Below, one piece after another: positions 50,033-61,465 of a stretch of 64,000 nt of DNA. Each line of letters starts with the position of its first letter. Position 1 is the first letter of the stretch. The DNA lies in NCBI GenBank assembly GCA_043228905.1, contig JBHGNT010000016.1, positions 10,974,001-11,038,000 on the forward strand, written 5' to 3'. The DNA is from Azolla caroliniana (taxonomy: Eukaryota; Plantae; Polypodiophyta). The notes beneath the pieces are model-generated. The model was not told where the DNA came from. It was given only the letters and a program-made list of their open reading frames with translations, and did not search any database. Made by a program: the position numbers and the translations under genes.

Positions 50033-53000
50033 TTACTCCTATCCACCTTATTAGCACCAACCTCAATAAACAATCTATTCTTACCATCATCTGACATCTT
50101 CCATGTCAGCCACTCCACAACATCATGTGCATTTTGTAACTTCGCAACTTTTTTATCCAACTGTTCACTTGTAAGAGCACACTTGATCACAGCCCCCGCG
50201 CCATCGTGCTCTCCGTTTCCATGTCCAGACCCAAAGTAGTTCCATTGCATCCTAATGTTTGTCAATGAGAAGTATCTGGGTGTTTTGCATGATAGCTAGC
50301 CAACAAACAGAGTTAGTGCATTATTGGAGCTTACATCTCTTAACATAACTTAAACCAAAATTTCCACGAATGCACGAGAGAGGATAGTACTAAGGTATTG
50401 ATTAGTACTAATGCATGAGAGAGGACAGTCCTAAGTTATAACTTGGTCTTAATGAACAAAGTTGGACAGTACTAAGTTAATAATTAGTAGTAATGAACAA
50501 AGTTAGACAATCATAAGTTATAAACTTGTGTGAATGAACAAAGTTGGACATTACTAAGTTATTATTTAGTACTAATGCACTAGAGAGACCCATCCTAATT
50601 AGTACTAATGAACAAAGTTATAAATGAGTAGTAATGACCGAAAGAAGATAGTACTAAGTTATTCATTAGTACTAATGCACGACAGAGGACAGTGCTAAGT
50701 TACAAATTAGTACTCCTACATGTGGGATGACACCACAAAGTTATCAATTAGTACTTGTGAATGCGGGATCTGAGTACTAAGTTGTAAAATATAGTTAGTA
50801 CTTGTGCATGTGGGATGATAGTACTAAGTTATAAAATAAGGGTACTTTACAAGGCGTTGAACTGTAGTCAGTACTTGTCCATGTGGGATGATACTACTAA
50901 GTTGTAAAATAAGGATACTTTTCAAGGCTTTGAACCATACATACAACACTTACACCATAATTAGTACAAACATTTCAAGACAGTACTGGTGCATGTAGTA
51001 GGAGAATTGCTAATTGTGTTTTATACAAACATTTTTTATGACTGTTCATATAATATTCGTATTGTTAGGAAACTCAACCAATACATGATGATGTACTATA
51101 AATTATTACCAAAATAGACTTCCAATTATAAATACCAATCATATGGATTATTTCCTTACCTTGCAATAAAGTGGAAGGACCGAACCGCCTTAAATTGCGA
51201 GGCAACACCATCAAACCAGACCGAATGGCAATAAAAGTTAACACCCAAGGACAATAAATCTGCGTGGTGAAGCTTAAAACAATGTTGAACAAATAGCGTA
51301 TCATGCTTTTTATCATCTGAAATATAGAATATTGCTTTCTTATGTAACTCACCAACTTTTCTCCAGTAGCAAATATGTACAAGTATTGTACATTGGTCAT
51401 TGTACCAATGTATTGACTGAACCTCATTTTGAACTTTAAAGGTATAGTTCTCTGCAAAGTCAATAACAGATACCATAACATCCGGTGGTAAGTTATTTAT
51501 ACATTCCTTGAACTGTGAATTTTGCCAATAACTCCTAAAGTTATATGGAATGAACTCCTCGAGTTGATTCCTAAACTCTGAGACAAGGGTAGCAACACAT
51601 GTCTCCTTATATACTTCCTTGATACGCTTACTAACGAAACCCTTACCTATATTTTCTGTCACATACTCTAAATATTTCCATTGCACAATATGACAGTTAT
51701 CCACGTCTACCTCCTGTCTACAAATAATGGTCGTGGGAAAACCTTACATGTTCTGACAAGACATGTATAATTATGCCACTCAGATGATGGTTGTTTTTGA
51801 CAAACAAAAGACCTCCATAACTCAGAAACTGTTGCATAAGTCATGTTTCGCGCATTACATTTATTACCACTCCCATTTGGTCTACATACCTCACAAGTGC
51901 AAACACACCCATCCCCATGTATACCCTTAGAATCAGTACGCATACTGTTCACGCCAAGCCTTAACATGTCCATTTTAATGTGGTACACACAACAACATGT
52001 GTTCCTCTCCTTTAACTTTCTAACAAAAAATGGTTTCAAACCTTGGAACTTGCGAAATCCAAGATTGGTGCTAGGATGTTGATCTTTGAAGTTCATGAAC
52101 AATTAAGCCTACATCACTCAATCTGGTACCTACCTCGACTTATACGTTGTCTACATACATCTTTTTTATTCGGTGAGACACATGTGTTTTTTGCCCAAAA
52201 GGAACCCACTTCCTCAATAATCTCATGAGACAATGCATCACATCGTCATCTACGGCCTAACCCCAACCACTTAAATTGATTTGATTGTATATTTGTCCAA
52301 TGTTTCCTCAAGTTCCTTCTTTGGATACCAAGTGCTAAGGCAACTTTAGTATCAAGTGCTATATATTTTTTTAGTTGTACCATTTACAACCATGTGAAGG
52401 GCTGCTCTCTTTGCACCAAGCTTATCTATGCTCTCTACCCCTTTCACTAAGTGTAGGGATGACTTCATACACTCTACAATTTCCTCTAAAACACATTGGT
52501 CCCTAAACTTAATATTCGCCATGTCTTCATTCAAAAGTTGATGGTGCAACACTCTAGAGATAATATCCCTACGATCCTCCAAGCTAAATCTCTCAATTAC
52601 TTCTAGTAAATAACGGACTATGTGAAGAACCAAACCGTCTCTTGCTCCTCTCAGACATAGATTTGCTAAGGGACACCTCGCTCTCCTCATCGATGACCAA
52701 TTGTCACTCTCATATATTCCAGCACCTAATTTCTTGTTATTTCCGCACCTAATTAATCAGAATAAGTGCTTAATACATCATAAAATAAACATAGTTAATA
52801 CCCCATAGCATAAACATGAACTGGAAATCGGATAAACATGTACTTTATAGAAATAACCACTTTATAGAAATAGGCGCAGACATACCGAGTGAAAGAGAAG
52901 ATGGAGAAGACATACCGATGGAAGGAGAAGATGGGGAAGACGAGTGACGCAAAGAAAAGAAAATCGGGTTTCGAGTGAGTTGTCTCAGTTGGAAGGCGGA

Positions 53001-53251
53001 AGAGGAGAAGTGCCAAAAGGATTTAATGTGGCATCCTAAATTAAACGTGAGGGGGAAATAGCCCCCAAAACAGTCCTGAATATGCAACAACTGTCCCCCC
53101 ACCCATTCCCTGACTTTAATGCAACGTACACCACTCCCTAAAAAGATTTTAATTATTTTCGATTTTTTAAAAATCACTCAGTACTAACAGTATTCATGTT
53201 TTTTTGGCCAAAAACAATACTTTTTTGGTACACCATAGCGTTCTTCAACCC
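50033..53251 (-). mobile_element. DNA transposon with intron-containing, Sola2-like DDD transposase pseudogene; 3'-truncated
   Basis: Motifs TCCCVYH, VIDFAENY..VQSIHW, ISDD..HD, WFDG.ASQFK, FGSGHG.GEHDGAG. GT-AG intron 50276-51159 joins FIAR|YFSLTN in frame. Terminus GGG at 53251 abuts the host RNase H. Superfamily label is from recalled motifs. Confidence 0.7.
50369..50930. repeat. Degenerate ~41-bp minisatellite inside the transposase intron
   Basis: Units such as aatgaacaaagttggacagtactaagttaataattagtagt repeated roughly a dozen times with increasing divergence. Confidence 0.85.
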
Positions 53252-56200
53252 TGTTGTGCTCCGGCCAAATAGGGGCGCCATTCTTCAAAGGCAACAATGA
53301 TAACATCAAGCTCCTTGTCATATATTGGATAATTGATTTCGGATACCATGAATTTGCGGGAGTAGTAAGCCACTTGGTGCATTATGTTGGAGTCATCGGT
53401 CTAGGATAAAATGGCACCAATGGCAAAGTCAGAGGCATCAAATTCAACCCCGAAGGGTCATATGGAGTTAGCATGTAGAAATCGAATGCATGTTTGAGAG
53501 AGTCGAACAAATTTTGTGCTGCCGAGGTCCATAGAAAGGGAATACCTTTGCGCGTGAGGGCGATAAGAGGATGTGCTAGAGTGGAAAACCCCCTGATGAA
53601 GCAACCGTAAAAATTGGCGAAGCCAAGGAAGGATTGCACATCTTTAAGTTGAGTTGGAGTCGCCTACTCCCAAATGATGGAAACCTTCTTCATAGCCATC
53701 GTGATGCCAGTGAGCGAGATGTTGTAGCCCAAGAATTCAATTGAGGTACGGTTGAATTCGCATTTCTCACATTTGGTATAAAGGTCGTGCTTGACAGGTG
53801 TGCTCCACTATGTTTGGTGAAAAAATGAGAATATCATCCAGGTAGATGACCACAAAATGATCAAGATATTCCCGGAATATATCGTTCATCATATGTTGAA
53901 AAATAGTTGGGGAGTTAGTAAGGCCGAAAATCATTACCTTGTATTCGGAATACCCATATCGTGTTCGGAATGTGGTTTTCCATTCATCATCGAGCTTGAT
54001 GCCTACCAGATTGTATGCAACACGTAGACCAACTTTGGAGAAGACGCGCGGAGCGCGTAGCTGATCGAGGAGTTCAGCGATTAGAGGGAGCGGATAGCGG
54101 TTGTGCACAAGGATTTTTTTGAGACCCCAATAGTCTACACAGAAGCGTAGAGAGCCGTCCTTCTTCTTCACAAATAATATGGGGGCCCCGGCTAGCGACT
54201 TAGAAGGTTGAATAAATCCTTTCGCGAGGTTCTCATCGAGATACACTCGAAGGGCCTTTAGGTCTAGTGCAGGTAATGCATATAGAGGACCAAAGAGTGG
54301 AGATACACCTTCTTGAATATCGATGGGATAGTTGTAGAGCCGGTGTTTGAGCAAACGATCTACATTACGTTTCTCAAATACAACGGAGAAGTCTTTATAC
54401 TTGTCAGAAATAGCATGGAGTGTGTTAGAAGTAGCTCCACAAATGGCAAGCAGGAGATGAACTAAGGGTGGAGTGGTCGAGTCGGAATTGACTGTCTCCG
54501 AAGGATGTGAAACTGAATTGACCTTCATAGTTTTGTGTGAGCATCCTGGCTCGCGAAATGTGATCGAGTGATTACACCAATCCACTATTGGATTGTGCGC
54601 CTCCAACCACAATACTCCTAAGATGATCAGATGCTGAGGGGATGCGATGAGGTAAAAGGGGAGCTCCTCTTGGTGGGAGCCCACACGAAGCCCTAATGGG
54701 ATTGTAGTCTCGGTAATTGCTCCTAACGAGAGGACACGCCCGTCAATGGCTTCCCACATGAAGCCCTAATGGGTTTTAAAAGGCACACGATGGGTATCCC
54801 ATGTGCTCAGGCGAATGCCACATCGATGAAGCAAAAAGACGCTCCAGAATCTAGTAAAGCGATAGATTGAATGAAACTGGAATTAAAAGAAAGGCATACC
54901 TCCAATGTGAAATTGCTTGATGTTCTAGCAATGGAACCACGGGAATGTGGATGATAGGAGACATCCAGCTGCATGGCTCCTACTGCAACCGGAAGATGTC
55001 GTTTTCCAGATGTTGGGGTCCGTTGACTCGATGGAATGGTGGGCGATTACTTCTAGGAAAATGGTGAAGAGATGACCCAAGGCACCACAATATACGCACA
55101 ATCCATTAATCCGCCGAAATTCTCGTTCAACATTAGTCAATGGCCGAAAGCGAGCTTGATCAATTTCCATTGGGACTGGAGCATCTGCCAGAGTAGGGGA
55201 GCATGACGCTACCGACAGGAGGGATACCTAGGGTTGTACGAATGGGACGTGTCATGGAAGTGAATGAGTCAAACCCCAATTCCGGCGCTCTTCTTGACGA
55301 AATTCAAAAAGACGATTGTCACAATGGATTGCTTGTGAAATCGCTTGGGATAACGAGGTGGGATTGGGAATTTTCAAGAGAAGATTCATGACATCGCTCT
55401 GGAAGCACCGTCGAAAATGATTAGCTAAAGCTTGATCATCCCAATTGACATCACATGCTAGTTGTCAGAATTCCGAAGCATAGGCAGAAGTTGCACGCGA
55501 ACCTTGTTCGAGTGCATACAGCTTGGTGAGGGTTGTACATTGTTGGTCCGTCTCTCCAAATGTGGCCTCTAACTCGGCGAGGAAGGCGCGAAAGTCCTCC
55601 AATAGAGATGAAGAAGTTTCTACCGAAGGTGCAAACCAAGCTTGGGCCAGACCAGTGAGGAGGGTGCCCAAGTCCAACTTGTCGAAGAGCATATGCTTAT
55701 ACGTTGAGGTTGTAGCCGAATGATTAGATGAATTTGGTTGATGAACCCCCGGAAACTTGACCTCCTTCCATCAAATATTTTTGGGAGGCTAATCTTAGGC
55801 TCAAGAAAATGAGAAGAAGCTAGATCCGATGTTGGTAGAAGATTCGGCTCCGAGCTAGGTTGTGGTGGGACACTAGGCTCCGTGGGTTGTGAGGATAGAG
55901 AGGTGTCGACTTGAAGTTCTCGTAAAGAATTCTGAAGAGCTTCATTTTCAAGCTGGAGGTGTTGTAAGGTTGTCATTATCTGGCCTAAGTCACAGGCTAG
56001 GTCGGACATAGCTATGGCTAATGAGAAGGAGAGCTACGAGAATGGGAAGGTGAACAAGCTGTCAGGGGTAGAAAATATACACAAGAGAGCAGAAGATAAT
56101 CAAAGGGATGAGTTGATTAATTGAAAGACTCTGTAATGGTGTTGTTCACCTTGATTGTAATTTAGGTGTACACACATATTTATAGAAGTTCTGAGATTGA

Positions 56201-56427
56201 ATATCTCTAGAATATACCTAAGAAATATCTCTAGAATATACCTGAGAAATATTTCTAGAATATACTCGTCTAGAATATACCATAAAAAATTTCTAGAATA
56301 TTCTATATGCTAGACTATATAAAATATTAACCATATACAATTTACATATAAGTTAAGGGTTTCCAAATGGTTTATCTAATACTAAGTATTCGGTGTGTTA
56401 GTTAGAGGTTTGAGTCTAGATGTGACA
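53252..56427 (-). mobile_element. Tcn1/Tf1-like Gypsy element B: 5' LTR 56060-56427, gag, PR, RT, RH (decayed)
   Basis: LTR tgtca...tgaca. gag MSDLA..EPKISLP..FDG, MEID, LCVYCGALGH. Protease LLDSGAS, RT ORF 53767-54759 (YLDD), RH to AFEEWRPYLAGAQ. Confidence 0.92.
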
Positions 56428-58700
56428 TCATGTGGTGTGGCCTCTTGTCTCACAGCTCACCAGTTGTGTCGGCTGCCACATTTACTTCCTCTCGGCATAA
56501 TCGAGCATGCATCAAATATAGTGTGTTGGTTATCTAGGCTCGGGCCACAATCAGGCTCCCTTTGCAAAAATTCATGACGTCGTTCCGGATGCTACCCGTG
56601 TAACCTTTATCATCTAGCCGACCGGCTGATATCAGATTTAATCTACCTTCCGAAACGTGTCAGACATCCTTCAACACTACTCTGCACTGGGTTAAGGTTA
56701 CCAAACACACATCTCCTATGACAACATTTCGGCATGCTCCTCATAGATTCGAGATCTCCACTTCTATAAGATGAGAAGCATTTTTGGTTGGGGGTTAGGA
56801 GGAATGACCCACCCGAATCGACCACCCATGTTATTTCATCGCCGACAAGGTTCACTTCGCTTTGCTCACTGATGAGCAAGAACTCCTCCTCACTTGTTGC
56901 GATAGCTGAAGTGTTCTTGTTGTCTGAAATCTTTCGGAAGTGTGGGCAATTCTTTTGGAAGTGCCTTGGCTTTCCATAATAGAAGCACGTGGGCCTTCCC
57001 CTCGACTTCAACCTTGTCCCCGGCTTATCTCGATTTTGGGAACTTCGATTCCGACCTCTTCCTCGTTTCATGTCACGTTCCGTGACTAAGGCCTTTGGCT
57101 TGGCAATGGACTTTCGGTCCTTCCAGCGAGCTTCGTCGTTTAGTAGGCTTGACTTCACCTGGTCTAGGGATAGATGCTTCCCTTCCGGTCCGACATTGCC
57201 CAATGTGACAATGAGCGTCCCCCAACTATCCAAAAGGGATCCCAGCAACTGTTGGGAATATGTCCCTCCAATGGGAGGAAGAACGAACTGATCGGAAAGA
57301 CGACAACCAATGACAGGGAAGATCCGACTGTTCGGAAAGCCGACAGTCGAAGAGTCGAAAACAGTGAGTCGACTGTTTGAAGATTCAACTATTATTATTG
57401 TAGTAGTAATAATAATAATAATGATGTTAGGAAATAGGTCTCTCTAGATGGGGAGAGAGAGGAGCCGGGTTGATGAGGGACTCGGGAGACTAATTGTAAA
57501 TAGTCGAAGAGTGCGCCCCATGAGGGCTACATATGTAAATAACTAGAAAGTTGCGTAAGTATATATGCAACTAGGGCAAACATGTTATGTTTGGAACAGT
57601 GTAAGAACTATAGGTGTAGAACAAGAGAGAGTGTGCTAGAGAGAAGTGTGAGCCGCGCCATAGTTGTGTGTGTAACAGTAGACGCGAAGAGCCCTATGCA
57701 GCTGATACACTCGATAGAGTGTTGTATTCCTCTCAGTGTTGTATATCCACTTTGTATAGTGAAGAAATCTGTTCACCCGTGGTTTTCCCCGTTTTAGGGT
57801 TTCCACGTAAATCTCTGTGTACATCTGTGTATCTTGTCTTTCGGCATTAAGTGTGATTCGTATTTCAGCGCGTAGTTTGCTTATTGTGATCTATTCCGCA
57901 TCGATTTCTCAACAGCAACAATAATGCTAATACCTCGTCGGCAAGAGGTACTTCTAGAGAGGTGGTTTTATTCATCACTCCTTGGAAGGCATTAATATGC
58001 TTCACCATGCTGGTACCATCTTGATACCAGAGTCTCATGATTTTTCTGAAAACTGAGACTCTCTATTCACGGAGTTCTTGCTCTCAAACATTACGTCAAT
58101 CTTCTTCCAGAGGACGTCGACGCTCGTCCCTTCATCAAAGTTGTTGTATAGACACATGTCTATAAAACACCTTATATATGCAACCGAGTTTAGAAGCATG
58201 ATTTCCCAAGTTGATGCATCGACCTTGTCTAGCTTCATCTTCTCATATTGCACTGGCAGCTACAGGTCTTTGCACACGAGCTTATCCCACATCTTCGACT
58301 TCCACACTGAATAGTTCGAGCCGGTTAACTTGAACATTCCACCAAAATGTTCGTCCATCGCTTTGATACCACTTTGATGGCATCGTGACCAGCCACAACC
58401 GGTTTCTCGTACGTATGTTCGGGTACAAAGAATCGACAATGACAATGCACAAACAGAAAACAGAAAGTACTGAAAAGAGAACACAGAGACACTGGATTTT
58501 ATAACGTGGAAAACCGAAAGGGGAAAAACCACGAGGGTCCACAAACCCCAAGAAAACAAATCACTATGTGTACGGAGAGGAGTACATGGAGACTTGGAGG
58601 CAACAACCTCAAACTCGTTTTTGTGTAACAAACGGCAACAGAGTTATTGCTCTTTATCTCTCTCTCACTCATAGTTACAAAGGCAACTACTCTCATGATA
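56428..58700 (-). mobile_element. Decayed Copia (B-like): gag-PR with PBS 58360-58371 and truncated 5' LTR from ~58375
   Basis: MDEHFGGMFKLTGSNY, LLGSLLDSW, TWVVDSG; gctttgatacca. Right boundary approximate. Confidence 0.85.
57250..57914 (+). repeat. Solo LTR of the Copia C family
   Basis: tgttg...caaca with perfect TSD gcaac (57245-57249 and 57915-57919); reverse-complement homolog of 35640-36295. Confidence 0.95.
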
Positions 58701-58759
58701 TGGCAAGATTCAAACCCATGACCTTATGCTACATGGGTCAAGCTCTTGACCATTAGACT

Positions 58760-60414
58760 ATATATTGTAATACGAAAGATATTATTTTCATTTAAGTTTT
58801 ACTGTAGAAAATAGATGTATATTCCAGATTTCTTTGGAACATTCTAGAAACTTTAGGAGTACTCCTAAGAACACTATAAAAGGAGGCACGATCCATTATT
58901 TCGAACCAAATCAGTTCAACACCAGTCTTAAGCCTCCTAACTACTATTGTATATTCTCTTAACATAATATATATCTTTCGTTATCATCATTCTCTCTCTT
59001 CGAGAGACTTGGGTGGAAATGAAATTAGGCCTAGTATAACATCATTTTTATTGTAGAACATGTTTGTTATTTTATTTTACTAGAACTATTTACCATAAAA
59101 CTCTATTTCTATTTTTATTTTTATTTTTTACGTTCAATGAATGGGTCAATATCCCATTTTTTGTTGTAAACCATTTGTCTTATGGGCCAATTTTGGCCTT
59201 AGAAGACATTAATATATCTTTCTTTCTTTCTCTCTCACACTCACTCTTTCCTTGTCTCAAGAGTTCTACACCTCCCTTAGTACTAATCCTCATATTTTAG
59301 TACTAATTCCTTCTCTGTCTTAGTACTGTTGCTGAATGTACTTCTATGTCTTAGTACTCTTCCTGACAGTTTGAACCGATTTTAGTCTCCTTCCTTCTCT
59401 TCCTTTTATCTTCTTACTTCTCCCTCCCTTCATATTAATCTCTTATTCCTCTTTTCTCTCATACTATGGCCATTGTTAGCGCTCAGGTATATCAATATGT
59501 TTTTTCGGAGTTGCAATGCTTAAAAGAGAAGTTTCTCACACCGGAACAAGAAAATCAATGACTGTTGGGGGAGCTTCAACAAATCTCTTTCAAGAAGCAG
59601 CAAACGCAACAACAACATGGGAACTAGCATTACACGTGCAACAACTCAAAGCGACCATTGTAGCCTTGCAACAACAAGGATCAAGTACGCAAGGTATTCA
59701 TAAAGAACCCAAGATCGGTCTTCCTATGAAATTCAATGGAACGCGATCACAGTTTAGAGGATTCCTTAATTAGGTACGATTAGTCATTCAAATGCATCCT
59801 TCCCGATATCCCACCGATGCATCACGAGTGGGTCTAGTAGGCATGTTGTTAAGTGGCTCAGCTTTGGCATGGTTTCCTTTGTTGTTAGAAAAGGAATCTC
59901 CATTACTAAACAATTTTGAAGAGTTTATAAGTGAGTTTAAAGCCTGTTTTGGAGATACTGATAGCATAAGGACAACAACAACAAAATCCGACGACACATA
60001 TGCCGCAAATTTCCGTCGACTCAGCTCCGATATCCCCTGGGATGACCAAGCATTAATGGAGCAATGTCATTATGGAATACGTAACGATGTCAAGGATTTA
60101 CTCTTGACCTTCCTCGAAGAACCAAAGTCATTGATAGAAGCAATCAGTCACGCAGTACGATGTGATAACTGCATCTTCGAACGACATCCAGAACGTCAGT
60201 TTCAAATGCCAAGGGCAAGATCAGAGCCCACCTACGTTTTAGTTGTAGCAAAGGCTTTCCCAAGGGAGTCATTTAATACATCTCCAACAAATACTCCGAC
60301 TCCAATGGAAAATCGACACCACACGTCGTAGTGGACCCCTATATGAAGAAGAAAAGCAGGGACGCCGGGCAAATCAATTATGTCTTTATTGCGGTGGACC
60401 GGGCATACTGCAAT
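58760..60414 (+). mobile_element. Tcn1/Tf1-like Gypsy element C: partial LTR (ends 59368) and gag pseudogene
   Basis: TATA at 58875, LTR end cctgaCA at 59368. gag EPKIGLP.KFNGTRSQFRGF, LLSGSALAWF, PTPME, LCLYCGGPGH. Left boundary approximate. Confidence 0.82.
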
Positions 60415-60649
60415 TGTAAAAGAATACGTGTGCGGAAGCATGTACAAAAGACATAAAGTACACGGTTCAAAAGTACGACAATTCGGTAAAACGGAAATCA
60501 CAGAGAAGGAGACTGAGAGACTGAGAGAGAGAGAGAGCAGAAAAAGAAAACTATATATTCAAAAATAATTCTCTATATGTTCTCGTACCTACTTCGTGCT
60601 CAATGAGCACCTTTTATACAAGCCCTGACTATTGGGCTAACATAAGTAC
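60415..60649 (-). repeat. Partial LTR of the Copia A family
   Basis: Homologous to 4164-4408 (tgtaaaa.aatacgtgtgcg ... gagcaccttttatacaagc.ctgactattgggct). Confidence 0.85.
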
Positions 60650-60688
60650 GAACCATACGTCTTCCGGACCGGAGGCACTAGTTGAGGT

Positions 60689-61465
60689 TGACAGGAATAC
60701 ATGCTCCCGATGAACAACGCTCGGCCACAACCGAGCCTAGAATCAAACACAGTAAACGGGTAATGAACGCATGAGACAGTGAAGAGAAGAGTACACAGGA
60801 TGTTAACGTGGAAAACCCAAACTAGGGAAAAACCACGGTAGCCCACAGACTGCAAACTATCATTATATCAGAATGTACAATAGAAAAGCACCGAGGCAAC
60901 GACCTCGAGCTTGCTATCTTCGCCACAGGCGGCGGTTACAACAGAGGCAACGACCTCTTCCTCTCTCTTTCTCTCTTTGTACACAGTTACGCACTCTAAT
61001 CTTGCACCAACAAGAATAACAACAACAACATCATACTAAGTTTGCCCTAAGTCATATTTATACTAATATGACGTTTCGGCTATTTACAAATATAGCCCCG
61101 ATGGACTCTCAGAAAACATATTTACAAATATGTCCCTTCATCCGGTGAGCACTCCTCACCGGGCCTGCATCATCCGGTTCTCACTGGGTCTTCCGTTTCC
61201 GGGTACTCCTCATCCGGTTCTCACCGGGTCTTTCGTTGCCGGGTACTCCTCATCCGGTTCTCACCGGGTCTTTCGTTGCCGGGTACTCCTCATCTGGTTC
61301 TCACCGGGTCTTCCGTTGCCGATTACTCCTTATCCGGTTCTCACCGGGTCTTCCGTTGCCGGGTACTCCACATCCGGTTTCGGCCGAGGCCTATCGGCCT
61401 CAACCGAGTTTGCTCATCAACACTGTTCTTCTCACTTCCCATCCGGAGGGACCTGTTTCCTAACA
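60689..61465 (-). repeat. Solo LTR (B/E-related) with about five and a half 40-bp U3 repeats
   Basis: tgacagg...cctaaca with perfect TSD gaggt (60684-60688 and 61466-61470). Repeats start at 61171, 61211, 61251, 61291, 61331 and 61371. Confidence 0.95.

Noticed and set aside
50369-50930. Second CRISPR-like array candidate
   Set aside because: Contiguous degenerate minisatellite without unique spacers.
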